Shown: positions 1-9,017, counted from the first letter of the stretch. The stretch is 64,000 nt of DNA from Candidatus Saccharimonadales bacterium (GCA_040903985.1 JBBDUI010000002.1:390038-454037); one strand, 5' to 3'. The notes: generated by a model from the sequence alone, not told the origin. Made by a program: numbers and translations.

Positions 1-2
1 CC

Positions 3-1490
3 GACGCCCGGGTAGAAGAAATTAACACCACCGATGAAGGGGAGACGGTACGGACCGAGGACACTAGCCGCAGTAACAACATTAATCAGATTACCGAAGA
101 GATTAAGGCCAACCCTAGCGAATCGCGTACGATTGCTCGCCGAGCAGCTCGCCGTGTATCTAGTAGCGCCGTAGTAGCCACCGTTATGGTTGGCTGTTTA
201 AGTGCCGCTTACGATGATCTCATACCCGACGACCAAGAGCTTTATGAGACCCTCCTCACCACTGCAGCTAATTTCATGACTGCCGGCTCTCAACTAGCCC
301 ACGGCGAAGAGGTCCATGGTGACGAGATAGCCGACACCCTGTCAGCTTACGAGGACACTATCGAGTCCGATCGCGAGTTCACTGCTGAAGGTGAGGGCGC
401 CATAGTAGAAGGGGAAGGCACTGTGCACCGTAGCTTCTCTAATTCTGCAGCCTGGAAGCGTGCTACTAATCAGCCGACTACCGGTAACGAAGAAGATGCC
501 GATCTGGCTTATGACGAGATGGTAAATATCGGCCTTTTGAGTAGTACTTTCCGTTACATTGGAGGAGCCGTTAACACCGTACCGGGGACCAGAGCTGTCT
601 GCTCATTTATCGGTAATCCGGTAGTAGGTTTTGTCGCTACTGCCGGGGAAGGCATTGCCGCTTTTATGAGTGGTGGTACTACCGCCGCCATTAAGGTCGC
701 CCTCCGCGAAGGAGCCTTCATCGCCTCACTAGCTTTTCTCTTCGAACAGGTCTCATTTGAGTCAATTATCCCGGACGGACCAGAGATGCTCATGGCCACC
801 ACCGATATGGGTATGAACCTCAGTCAGTCAGAATTTGCCCGCTCTCAAGGTGCACCGCCGGTTAGTAGCGGTATAGCTAATGCCTTGCGCGCTGATCACT
901 ATAAACAACTAGGCATGGAGGACCGTGCCCGGGGTATAGCCTGGCGCTACTTCTCCCTCGACAATCCGCGCTCGACCCTCACCAACATCGCCATGACCCA
1001 TAATTTCTCCTGGTCAACCCTTACACGTAGTATGGCCAGCCTACCTAACAGGCTATCCTCGCTCATAACCAATGCTTTGTTTACGTCGACAGCAGCAAAT
1101 GAAGAGTTTCACAACTACAATATCCAACAGTATGCCTTTACTTACAGTGATCTCGATGTAGATCCACTAGAGAATGCCGCCTACGTCGAAAGTGCCCTGC
1201 ACTGTGGTGGTGGAATTGATATTCTAGCGAGCGATAACTGTACCACCGATAAAACCACTGAGGGTGAATTAATGCTAAAGATATATGATGAATGCATAAG
1301 AACTAGCCGCGCCTATTGGCAGATTAAAGATAGTCGGCTATGTACTAAACCAACTAGTAGCGAAAGAGCTGCTTGGGTTAAGGTAGGAGTATGGAATCTA
1401 GATCATAGCCTAGTAGACTCCCTAGAGTGTTTAAGTCACGACAAGCCCTGCACGCAAAATAGTAGCCGCAGTCTGAATGAGGAAATATAG
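3..1490 (+). CDS. hypothetical protein, 5'-partial; reading frame open to the window edge
   Basis: Frame 3 is open from nt 3 with no stop before 1490, and the ORF-track Met at 186 is internal. The protein is Gly/Ala/Thr-rich with hydrophobic segments. Its stop overlaps the start of the next gene (ATGA at 1490), so they look operonic. Confidence 0.5.
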   Translation, partial: DARVEEINTTDEGETVRTEDTSRSNNINQITEEIKANPSESRTIARRAARRVSSSAVVATVMVGCLSAAYDDLIPDDQELYETLLTTAANFMTAGSQLAHGEEVHGDEIADTLSAYEDTIESDREFTAEGEGAIVEGEGTVHRSFSNSAAWKRATNQPTTGNEEDADLAYDEMVNIGLLSSTFRYIGGAVNTVPGTRAVCSFIGNPVVGFVATAGEGIAAFMSGGTTAAIKVALREGAFIASLAFLFEQVSFESIIPDGPEMLMATTDMGMNLSQSEFARSQGAPPVSSGIANALRADHYKQLGMEDRARGIAWRYFSLDNPRSTLTNIAMTHNFSWSTLTRSMASLPNRLSSLITNALFTSTAANEEFHNYNIQQYAFTYSDLDVDPLENAAYVESALHCGGGIDILASDNCTTDKTTEGELMLKIYDECIRTSRAYWQIKDSRLCTKPTSSERAAWVKVGVWNLDHSLVDSLECLSHDKPCTQNSSRSLNEEI

Positions 1491-2803
1491 TGAACTTACT
1501 AACTAAGCTCGCATCACTTAAGTGGGGCAACTTACTTCGATTCATTAGTATGGTGTTGTTACTGATCGGCACTTCTGTGCCGGCTCAGGCAATTACGGAC
1601 GAGGACTTACGGGCGATTAATAAAGATGCGGTTTACTATGGTGGGGAGACTATCGGTCAACAGCTTTGTGGTACGATAGCCACCGATCAATACCCTGTAC
1701 TTACCCCTGAAATTCGGGATGCAGAAACATTAGCTGGAGCAATTGACGAGTATATCGATAATAACTACAGCGACTCTCCTTTTAGGGATATGGGTAAATA
1801 CTTTGTAGAAGGAGGGATGCGTGCCGGCATTAATCCTGTCTTAGCGGTTGCTCTTACCAAACACGAGAGTGGTATGGGCACCAACGAGAAAACGACTGCT
1901 CTTGAAGCAAATAATGGATTTGGGCGAACTGCTAATGCAAGAACTCAGCCGTATGTACAGCCCTCGTCACGTGTTTGGTACGCCTGGGATAGTTGGCAGG
2001 ACAGTCTATATAGCCCCATCTATCCGGCTGACGGTACAGTTAGCCAACCCGATGATATATTTCAATATATCGCTCGACGCTATGAGGGTAATCTTGAGCG
2101 CGGTTTAGAAGCTTTTCTCGAGGGACGAGGCAGTGTAGCTGGATATGCTCCTAGTTCTGATGGCAACAATGTAGCGGACTATGTCAAAGATGTTACCAAT
2201 GTTACCAATGAAATCGCCGAACTAGCCGGCAGTGCTATCGATCTCACTCGTATAAATCCAGGAGGTGGTAGCTGTGGCGCCCTAGGTGACGTTGTCCAGA
2301 CCGCATTATTGTACGCCTGGCCCGACTACCGCTCACCCCCATACACAAACATGAAGCCGGAGTACGAGCAGGCGATTCGCTCGGCTATAGGACGCGACGA
2401 GTATGTGGGTGGAGGAGTATATCCCGGGATTGACTGTGGCGGATTCGTAATCCGCACTATACGTGACAGTGGCTTAGACCGTGAGTATGGGGGGTATGGA
2501 GGTACCGATACTCAACATCGCTATCTAGAGCAAAGCTCCAATTGGCAGAAAGTAGCTGTTTCAAGTACTGCCGATTTGGCGCCAGGGGATGTAGCCATCA
2601 GATCAGCGTGGTATAGCGGTGCGAGGGGACACACATACATGTATGTCGGTGAACAACCAGGATTTGAGACGCACGTTGCTTCGGCTTCTTATGGTGGGAA
2701 CAGGAATAGTGTTAACTGGCGGACACCGATGGCTGGCTATGAGAATGTTCTGGGTGGTGACTGGAGCTGGTATCGTTTCGTAGGAGGGGGGGGTGATGAA
2801 TAA
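1490..2803 (+). CDS. secreted two-domain peptidoglycan hydrolase: GH73-like glucosaminidase N-domain + NlpC/P60 (CHAP-like) cysteine peptidase C-domain
   Basis: N-terminal signal peptide/TM (LLLIGTSVPAQA). The motif ALTKHESGMG...NNGFGRTA...WYAWDSWQDSLY matches the glucosaminidase (FlgJ/AcmA) ESGWG...NLFGIK...Y..DY pattern. The C-terminal GIDCGGFV (Cys) and GHTYMYVG (His) match NlpC/P60 catalytic motifs. Confidence 0.6.
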   Translation: MNLLTKLASLKWGNLLRFISMVLLLIGTSVPAQAITDEDLRAINKDAVYYGGETIGQQLCGTIATDQYPVLTPEIRDAETLAGAIDEYIDNNYSDSPFRDMGKYFVEGGMRAGINPVLAVALTKHESGMGTNEKTTALEANNGFGRTANARTQPYVQPSSRVWYAWDSWQDSLYSPIYPADGTVSQPDDIFQYIARRYEGNLERGLEAFLEGRGSVAGYAPSSDGNNVADYVKDVTNVTNEIAELAGSAIDLTRINPGGGSCGALGDVVQTALLYAWPDYRSPPYTNMKPEYEQAIRSAIGRDEYVGGGVYPGIDCGGFVIRTIRDSGLDREYGGYGGTDTQHRYLEQSSNWQKVAVSSTADLAPGDVAIRSAWYSGARGHTYMYVGEQPGFETHVASASYGGNRNSVNWRTPMAGYENVLGGDWSWYRFVGGGGDE

Positions 2804-3395
2804 AATCTTAGACTGGATAGCAGGTCATCCACTAGTGTCTGCCGGAATTGTATTTAGCTTTCTGCTACTCCCGCTACTTATATCTTTTATTAGCACTTAC
2901 GGCAAAACCGAGGTGGACCTAGTGATAGCTCCGAGCGACGCTACAATAACTATCGATGGAGAGCGCGGTGCAAATGGCATTAATCATCTCGCTCCAGGGG
3001 ATTATATTGTAGTTGCGGCTCATGAAGGGTTTGAAAGCAGCGAAATCTCTATAACCGTCACCGAAGCACCCCTACAGGTACCGCTATCGTTGAAACCTGT
3101 ATCCGATGCAGCGTGGCGCTTAATTCAAGAGGATGATCGATTCTTAGAGGTAGAAGGATTAGCAGGTAGGCAAGCACAGGAAGATGGAAGGGAAATTCGT
3201 AGTCAACACCCTATTATCAACCATCTGCCTTACCGCAGTCTTATCTTCAATATCGATTACCGCCTAGACAATAATGAAGACGAACTTGTACTTATCATCA
3301 CCGCAGAGACTGAAGCAGATCGCGAATACGCTCGCGCCCAGATAGAGAACTGGGGTTATAATATCGATGACTTTTTGATCGAGTACCGGAACTAA
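2793..3395 (+). CDS. membrane-anchored protein with PEGA-like beta-sandwich domain
   Basis: One N-terminal TM helix. VDLVIAPSDATITIDGERGANG...GDYIVVAAHEGFES resembles PEGA domains. It overlaps the upstream gene by 11 nt, consistent with an operon. Confidence 0.4.
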   Translation: MMNKILDWIAGHPLVSAGIVFSFLLLPLLISFISTYGKTEVDLVIAPSDATITIDGERGANGINHLAPGDYIVVAAHEGFESSEISITVTEAPLQVPLSLKPVSDAAWRLIQEDDRFLEVEGLAGRQAQEDGREIRSQHPIINHLPYRSLIFNIDYRLDNNEDELVLIITAETEADREYARAQIENWGYNIDDFLIEYRN

Positions 3396-3397
3396 GT

Positions 3398-3676
3398 TTA
3401 CTCGATCCTAACTTTAATCTCCGTGATCTCAAACTTTTTTAGTCGTTTAATTAAGCCGACCTGACGCAAGCGAATATCGTTCGCTACTGCACTGGAAGGG
3501 GTAGATATCGACAGTAAACCATCCTGGAGCTTCTTGGCCCGTACCCGGCCTAGATACTTTTCGTTTAGTACTTCCTGGATAGCTGCTAGCTGATCTCCTC
3601 GTTCTAGATCAAAGCTATCTGCCCGCGCCTTAAGTATGTCGTCTAAATTCATCATCTTATAGCTGTATCCTAGCAT
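3398..3676 (-). CDS. DUF721 family protein (DciA-like helicase-loader candidate)
   Basis: A 92-aa basic protein immediately downstream of and overlapping recF. This is the canonical position of DUF721/DciA in dnaA-dnaN-recF loci. Confidence 0.5.
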   Translation of the reverse strand: MLGYSYKMMNLDDILKARADSFDLERGDQLAAIQEVLNEKYLGRVRAKKLQDGLLSISTPSSAVANDIRLRQVGLIKRLKKFEITEIKVRIE

Positions 3677-4688
3677 GCTCGCCGATGTCGCTTGGCATCG
3701 TAGTCGAAGTTACGATCGTCTGTACGTCTGTGATGTCACTGAGGAGCTTCTGTTGCCGGCTCTCGTCCAATTCACTTAGTACATCGTCTAGAAGTAGTAT
3801 CGGCTCGCTCCGGGCGTGTCGGCGCATATACGCTAACTCACACATAGTAAGAGCCAGCATAGCGGTCCGGTTCTCCCCACGAGAGCCGTGCTGCGCGAGG
3901 GGGAGCCCATTATAGGTAAGGAGGATATCGTCCCGGTGTGGTCCCACTCCAGTACTACCCATCCGTCGATCTTGCACTAGTCTCTGCTGCAACAAAGCAA
4001 GTAGCTGCTCCCGGTAATCCTTAGCTGGTATATTCGTGCGGTAGCGTAAACCGACCTTATCTTCGGTATGAGCGATAGAGCGATACTGCTGGGGGATACT
4101 CTTGGCAACCGCCGCTACTAAACTGCGACGACGTTTAACGATATATTCTGCCTGCTCGCTGAGAATCACGTCCCAGGCGAACAGTTGCTCCTGGTTGATA
4201 TGGGTACGACGCAACAGATTATTACGCTGACGCAGACTACGGCGATAATGCAGTAGTGCTCGTAAATACTGCCGATCGGTAAAGCTTAGTACTCGGTCCA
4301 ACCACTGACGACGCAGAGTTGGCGGGCCCGTCACCATATCTAAATGATTCGGCTCAAACAGTACTACCGGTAGCGTACCTAAATATTCTTGGGGTGAGAC
4401 CGCGTCCTCGTTAAATAGCATGGTCTTTTGGCTATCCTGCCATTTCATCGCTACCGTCTCGTTCGAATCTAGTTTTGCTTCGATCCGAAACCAATCACTC
4501 CCAGTCTGCACGGTCGTAGCTAGAGGCCCCCGAAAACTCTTCGTCATACTTAGAGTATAGATCGCCTCGAGAATATTAGTCTTGCCACTACCGTTAGCCC
4601 CAACAATTGCCGTCATCTTTGGGTTAAACTCAAATTCTACTTTATTATAAGAACGAAAATTATTTAGTTGTAGTTTATTAATAGCCAT
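3657..4688 (-). CDS. recF: DNA replication and repair protein RecF
   Basis: N-terminal Walker A (GANGSGKTNILEAI). The SMC-like C-terminus has LLLDDV (Walker B) and a signature-like region. Synteny with dnaN/dnaA. Confidence 0.93.
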   Translation of the reverse strand: MAINKLQLNNFRSYNKVEFEFNPKMTAIVGANGSGKTNILEAIYTLSMTKSFRGPLATTVQTGSDWFRIEAKLDSNETVAMKWQDSQKTMLFNEDAVSPQEYLGTLPVVLFEPNHLDMVTGPPTLRRQWLDRVLSFTDRQYLRALLHYRRSLRQRNNLLRRTHINQEQLFAWDVILSEQAEYIVKRRRSLVAAVAKSIPQQYRSIAHTEDKVGLRYRTNIPAKDYREQLLALLQQRLVQDRRMGSTGVGPHRDDILLTYNGLPLAQHGSRGENRTAMLALTMCELAYMRRHARSEPILLLDDVLSELDESRQQKLLSDITDVQTIVTSTTMPSDIGEHARIQL

Positions 4689-4734
4689 GCTCTCAGTATA
4701 ACCAATGTAGCTAAGTAAAAGGTGGGGGGTTAAC

Positions 4735-4764
4735 TTGACAGTAAGGATAAATATTTTATATTAT
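4735..4764 (+). promoter_or_regulatory. sigma70-like promoter (TTGACA-N17-ATATTAT) driving a leaderless or near-leaderless transcript
   Basis: TTGACA at 4735-4740 and a TATAAT-like hexamer at about 4757-4764. The first ATG (4771) lies about 7 nt downstream with no SD. Confidence 0.45.
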
Positions 4765-4770
4765 AAATGT

Positions 4771-5262
4771 ATGGATAAAAGTAAACGTGGGCAAATGTTT
4801 AGTGAGGCCCTATCTCGTCATGCCCAAAACGAAAGGCAAGCCGAAGCTGAGCATATGAAGCGCCTACGTGAGATAGAGGCACGACAGGATACAATAGAAC
4901 TAGCGAAATTAGCCGCATTTAAACTAAGGCGAGATAATATACCAACTAATATGGTCGGACGTCTTGAGAAAAGGTTACCACGAATATTATCATCTAAAAC
5001 ACGTGTTGAAATAACGAACATCCGCGGCTGGGGCTTTCTTCATAGTGAGGCTAGTAGCTCAGAAGGACCTTCTATATTCCAAGGTTATATTATAACTCCG
5101 GATGGACAAGTCTATAATTATGGTGGTTATGGAGGGGTGCCGGATGTCTATTTACGATACACTGACTCGAAACCCCCTGACGCTGCTGGCGTAGAAGCTG
5201 TGATTCAACAGGGAATTATAGACATGTTGGTTGAAAAAGGCATCACAGATTTAGGTGATTAG
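4771..5262 (+). CDS. hypothetical protein (163 aa) inserted between recF and dnaN in opposite orientation
   Basis: ORF with a consensus promoter immediately upstream. The ORF-track TTG start at 4735 coincides with the -35 box, so the ATG at 4771 is preferred. No recognisable domain; contains YNYGGYGG. Confidence 0.4.
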   Translation: MDKSKRGQMFSEALSRHAQNERQAEAEHMKRLREIEARQDTIELAKLAAFKLRRDNIPTNMVGRLEKRLPRILSSKTRVEITNIRGWGFLHSEASSSEGPSIFQGYIITPDGQVYNYGGYGGVPDVYLRYTDSKPPDAAGVEAVIQQGIIDMLVEKGITDLGD

Positions 5263-5291
5263 GTGGTATAAACCTAAGCCCCCACTCAAGT

Positions 5292-6383
5292 CTAAGACCT
5301 GAGTGGCATCACAATATGGAGATACGATTCATCACCGGTCGGCTTAATGATACAGGCGCTAACCTTTCCGGTCAGACCGATCTCGATAGTATCGGTACCT
5401 ATAACTGATAGGGCGTCAGAAACGTAACGACCGTTCAGTGAGATCTCTATCGGATCACCACTAACTTCGGCTGATATCTCCGAATTGTTCTCGCCTACCT
5501 GAGAAGTAATTGAACGCATCGATAGGGCGCTACCGGTTACACTTAGATTAACACTGCCGGCGTTTTCCCGGGCGAAGAGACTGGTAACTTTAGTGATATT
5601 GCGCAACTGCTTAGTCTCAACCACAGCGCGGGTCGGTACTTCCTCGGGAATTAACTGGCGATAGTTAGGGAATTGACCGTCGATTAAGCGGGAGACTAAC
5701 TCTACATCGCCAAAATGGAAGCTGATCTGATTCTCATCGATCGCGATATCGATGTTTTTCACTGTCGCATCATCAATCATTCGCAGAATCTCCGCGATAG
5801 TGCGGGAGGGAATGATCACGCTGCACTCTCCCTCAAATTCCATCACTTGCTTCTCTGCTAGACGATAACTATCGGTAGCTACAGCGTAGAGACTACCCTC
5901 AGTAGTGTAGAGATAAACCCCAGTTAAGACCGGCCGGCTATCGTCACTGGAAGCTACTCCTACCACTTGAGATAGCGCCGTCTTAAACGTCTCCACTGGA
6001 ATCTGCATTTTAATATCACCGTCAACCTCCGGAATCGAAGGAAATTCATCGGCGTCGATCCCGTTAATCTTAGACTGAAAGCTGTCACTACGAATCTGGG
6101 CGGTCGACTTCTCGACGGAGATATCGATGTTACCACTAGGTAGATTAGAGATGTACTCACTTAAGAGCTTAGCTGGAACGGTAATGTCTCCTTCTGCTTC
6201 GACTTTAGCTCCGATCCAGTAGGTGACACCGATCTCTAAGTTAGTAGCAGCTAGCTTTAAACGATTATCCTGCGTTCTAAGTAAAACGTTGCCCAGTACA
6301 GGGAGGGTCGTGCGACTACCAACTACGCGGGCGACTGCGTTCAATGCTTTGTGTAGATTTTCCTGAGTGATACTTACCTGCAT
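5292..6383 (-). CDS. dnaN: DNA polymerase III beta sliding clamp
   Basis: 363 aa with the three-domain clamp pattern (MQVSITQENLHKAL...). Position between dnaA and recF. Confidence 0.93.
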   Translation of the reverse strand: MQVSITQENLHKALNAVARVVGSRTTLPVLGNVLLRTQDNRLKLAATNLEIGVTYWIGAKVEAEGDITVPAKLLSEYISNLPSGNIDISVEKSTAQIRSDSFQSKINGIDADEFPSIPEVDGDIKMQIPVETFKTALSQVVGVASSDDSRPVLTGVYLYTTEGSLYAVATDSYRLAEKQVMEFEGECSVIIPSRTIAEILRMIDDATVKNIDIAIDENQISFHFGDVELVSRLIDGQFPNYRQLIPEEVPTRAVVETKQLRNITKVTSLFARENAGSVNLSVTGSALSMRSITSQVGENNSEISAEVSGDPIEISLNGRYVSDALSVIGTDTIEIGLTGKVSACIIKPTGDESYLHIVMPLRS

Positions 6384-6736
6384 AGTAATAAATCCTTTAT
6401 ATTAACTTCGTTGTTGTTATTAGGGCTGTGGAAACTGTGGGAAAACTGACCAAACGGCTTACCGGAGCCTGTGTGATATAGATCACAATGTGGACGAGCC
6501 TGTGCAAGCCGTGCGGTAAACGTGGGGGTAAAATTACAAACAAATCAACCATTTTACAGGGGTTGATAGAGGTCAATATTGTGCACATTTTGTGCACAGA
6601 TTTACGCACCAACTCCACGGTTTTGTCGCAACTTGCCCACAGCCCTAGGTCTGGATTAGTGGCCATACCTTGATCACCATTATCAATGCTAGCCCCAGTT
6701 TTATAGGATCTACCCTCTAGTTTTAAGCTAAATTTC
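6384..6736. promoter_or_regulatory. dnaA-dnaN intergenic region: second oriC module candidate (DnaA-box-like motifs, AT-rich tract, tandem palindromes)
   Basis: TGTGGAAAC, TGTGGGAAA and TGTGGACGA motifs at about 6431-6495. AT-rich 6384-6425 next to the dnaN start. Tandem palindromic TTGTGCACA at 6579-6587 and 6590-6598. Confidence 0.4.
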
Positions 6737-8065
6737 TTAGGCATAAAGGTGCTCCTTGATTTCAAATACCGCCTGTCGCAGCGAGGTGTCTTTCTGGATG
6801 GCATTATCAATCTTGCTAACTGAATGCATAGCGGTGGTATGGTCTTTGCGGCCACAGGCCCGCGCGATGGCCGGGAAGCTTAAGTGTAGTTCTTGGCGCA
6901 TGAGGTACATAGCAATCTGCCGCGGTTCCGATATCGTCTTCTCTCGCCGTGGCCCGATAATATCGTCGATCGCAATATTGAAAAACCGCGCCGTCTTGTC
7001 GATGATGTGCTTGTCGGTTAACCGTTGCTTGCGAGCCGGATTAGCCCCGAGCACCTGCTCGACCACGCTCAGAGTTAGCTCTTGGCGGGTCATCTCACAG
7101 TGAGCCAGTACCTTGGTCAGTGCACCTTCTAGCTCTCGCACGTTAGACTGGATGTGGGTGGCTAAATATTCACCGACATCGGGTGCGACGCGCATACCGT
7201 GTTGGTGAGCTTTGGTCTGGATGATGGCGACACGGGTCTCGAAGTCAGGAGCTTGGATATCGGCCGTCATGCCCCACTCGAAGCGGGGGGGCAGCCGCTC
7301 TTCCAGGGTCGGAATCGCCTTAGGTGGTTTATCGGAAGAAATAATAATCTGTTTATTTGCTTGATGAAGCGCATTAAAGGTGTGGAAAAACTCTTCCTCC
7401 GTCTTTTCCTTGCCGGCAATGAACTGCATGTCATCGACAATCAGTACGTCGGCCTGGCGGTAGTGATCGGAAAAAGTTTTCTTGCGCAGGATACTAGCGA
7501 TGAACTCAGTAGCGAACTGTTCACTGGTGATGTAGGCGATAACGGCATCGGGGTTATCGGCACAGATATGGTTGCCGATAGCCTGGATGAGGTGGGTTTT
7601 GCCCAAACCCACACCGCCATAGATAAAGAAGGGGTTGTACTTATTTCCCGGATCGCGGGCGATAGCTTGGGCTGCGGCGTAGGCCAGTTCATTACTAGCC
7701 CCGACTACGAAATTATCGAAGGTGTATTTACTGTTTAAGTTGTTTTCCGGCACTTTCTTTCGTGGCCGCACGCTCCAGTCGGTCGAGGGCTGCTTGATGG
7801 AGTCTAGCTCGGTCTCCGGCGGCGGAGCCTGGATAACGAATGACAGTTGGTCTGGCGTAACTCCGTTTTTCTTCAGAGTCGATTCAAGTAGGGGGCGGTA
7901 TTTATCTTCTAGTTGACGTTTGGCAAATACGCTCGGTACTCCGATCACTATTTCACCGGCCTCTCGCTTAATGAGGTTTGTGTTTTGGAACCAAGTGGCG
8001 AAACTGGCTCGGGGAATTGTAACTTCGATTTCTCCGAGTACGGCTTGCCATAGTGCGTCTGCCAA
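6737..8065 (-). CDS. dnaA: chromosomal replication initiator DnaA
   Basis: AAA+ Walker A GGVGLGKTHL, Walker B LIVDDMQF, and a C-terminal DnaA-box-binding HTH. TTG start preceded by GGAGG at -5. Confidence 0.95.
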   Translation of the reverse strand: MADALWQAVLGEIEVTIPRASFATWFQNTNLIKREAGEIVIGVPSVFAKRQLEDKYRPLLESTLKKNGVTPDQLSFVIQAPPPETELDSIKQPSTDWSVRPRKKVPENNLNSKYTFDNFVVGASNELAYAAAQAIARDPGNKYNPFFIYGGVGLGKTHLIQAIGNHICADNPDAVIAYITSEQFATEFIASILRKKTFSDHYRQADVLIVDDMQFIAGKEKTEEEFFHTFNALHQANKQIIISSDKPPKAIPTLEERLPPRFEWGMTADIQAPDFETRVAIIQTKAHQHGMRVAPDVGEYLATHIQSNVRELEGALTKVLAHCEMTRQELTLSVVEQVLGANPARKQRLTDKHIIDKTARFFNIAIDDIIGPRREKTISEPRQIAMYLMRQELHLSFPAIARACGRKDHTTAMHSVSKIDNAIQKDTSLRQAVFEIKEHLYA

Positions 8066-8385
8066 CGCGCCCTCCTCACTTCAACTTCTACATCTAACTA
8101 TACTAATCAATCCAGCGGCTTTCCACAAGCAGGTGATTAAAATCACAAAAACTCGGACTTTTTATCCACAGGTTAGCGCTCACCCCAGTTAATAGTGTGG
8201 ATAAAACCGAGTTGGGAGTGGAGAATAATACTGTGCTTCCCGAGAAAACCACTCTAAAGCCCCTAAATCGCGACTGTAAATTCGGGGCAATATTGTGTAC
8301 AACTTTACTCCCGTCGCGACTGTGGTAAGATTATTAGAGTCTAGTCCCATTCCGGGGCAAATAGTTAATCTATAAAGGTGGAGAG
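8066..8385. promoter_or_regulatory. oriC candidate (DnaA-box cluster) plus rpmH/dnaA divergent promoters
   Basis: Perfect DnaA boxes TTATCCACA at 8162-8170 and TGTGGATAA at 8196-8204 (inverted pair). A degenerate TTCCACAAG lies near 8121. Canonical rpmH<>dnaA location. Confidence 0.7.
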
Positions 8386-8523
8386 ATGCCGAAGCGAACA
8401 TACCAACCCAAAAAACGACACCGCAAGCGCGAGCACGGCTTCTTTGCCCGCATGGCCAATACGCAGAGCCGTAATATCCTCAAGCGCCGTCGCGCCAAAG
8501 GCCGCAAGCGACTGACGCACTGA
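8386..8523 (+). CDS. rpmH: 50S ribosomal protein L34
   Basis: 45-aa [48 protein letters not shown], missing from the ORF track because it is under 60 aa. SD AGGTGGAG upstream. Confidence 0.93.
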   Translation: MPKRTYQPKKRHRKREHGFFARMANTQSRNILKRRRAKGRKRLTH

Positions 8524-8599
8524 ACCCATTAGAGAGGGGAGCGAGGCTGCACCAACCTATGACCTCACACCTAACATCTAAAATGTACTGCAAGAACCC

Positions 8600-8944
8600 G
8601 TGCTAGCACGAGAACTTCGCTTACGCCGGCGTAGCGACTTTGGTCGGCTTTACCGCCAGGGTCAGACCGTGCACGCGCGGACCTTTAGTTTGCGCTACGA
8701 CACCAACCAGCTCAACCACCCCCGCCTAGCCGTGGTGGTTAGCACTAAGGTGTCGAAGAGCGCAGTGGTGCGCAACCGTTTACGTCGCCGCTTTTATGCT
8801 CAGTTACGTGAGATTATCCCCGAGCTAACCCCAGACCACGACGTCGTTGTCTTAGTCCGCCACCAAGCTATCGATCAGTCCAGTCAGGATATCGGCCTTG
8901 ATCTGCGTAAGGCTCTCACTCACGCCAACCTCCTCAAGCTCTAA
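8600..8944 (+). CDS. rnpA: ribonuclease P protein component
   Basis: 114-aa basic protein with the RnpA pattern (RLRRRSDF...RNRLRRR), directly downstream of rpmH. GTG start. Confidence 0.85.
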   Translation: MLARELRLRRRSDFGRLYRQGQTVHARTFSLRYDTNQLNHPRLAVVVSTKVSKSAVVRNRLRRRFYAQLREIIPELTPDHDVVVLVRHQAIDQSSQDIGLDLRKALTHANLLKL

Positions 8945-9017
8945 TAGTAGTAACTCTAAATCATATAGCTCTCTTGATTTGAGTTTATCCCTCTCTCGCC
9001 GTAAACTAGTATGAGTT

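Noticed and set aside
1848-2108. 86-aa + strand ORF nested in the peptidoglycan-hydrolase gene (alternate frame)
   Set aside because: Fully internal to a well-supported CDS in another frame.
4735-4770. ORF-track start codon TTG at 4735 for the recF-dnaN intervening gene
   Set aside because: The TTG is the first base-triplet of a consensus -35 hexamer (TTGACA). The downstream ATG at 4771 is the plausible start.
6397-6855. 152-aa minus-strand ORF spanning the dnaA-dnaN spacer and the 3' end of dnaA
   Set aside because: It overlaps the dnaA coding sequence and the origin-type intergenic region. There is no RBS or domain, so it is probably spurious.
7199-7738. 179-aa + strand ORF inside dnaA (and others at 6756..7103, 7722..7916, 7920..8192)
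   Set aside because: Antisense to the highly conserved dnaA CDS; no independent support.
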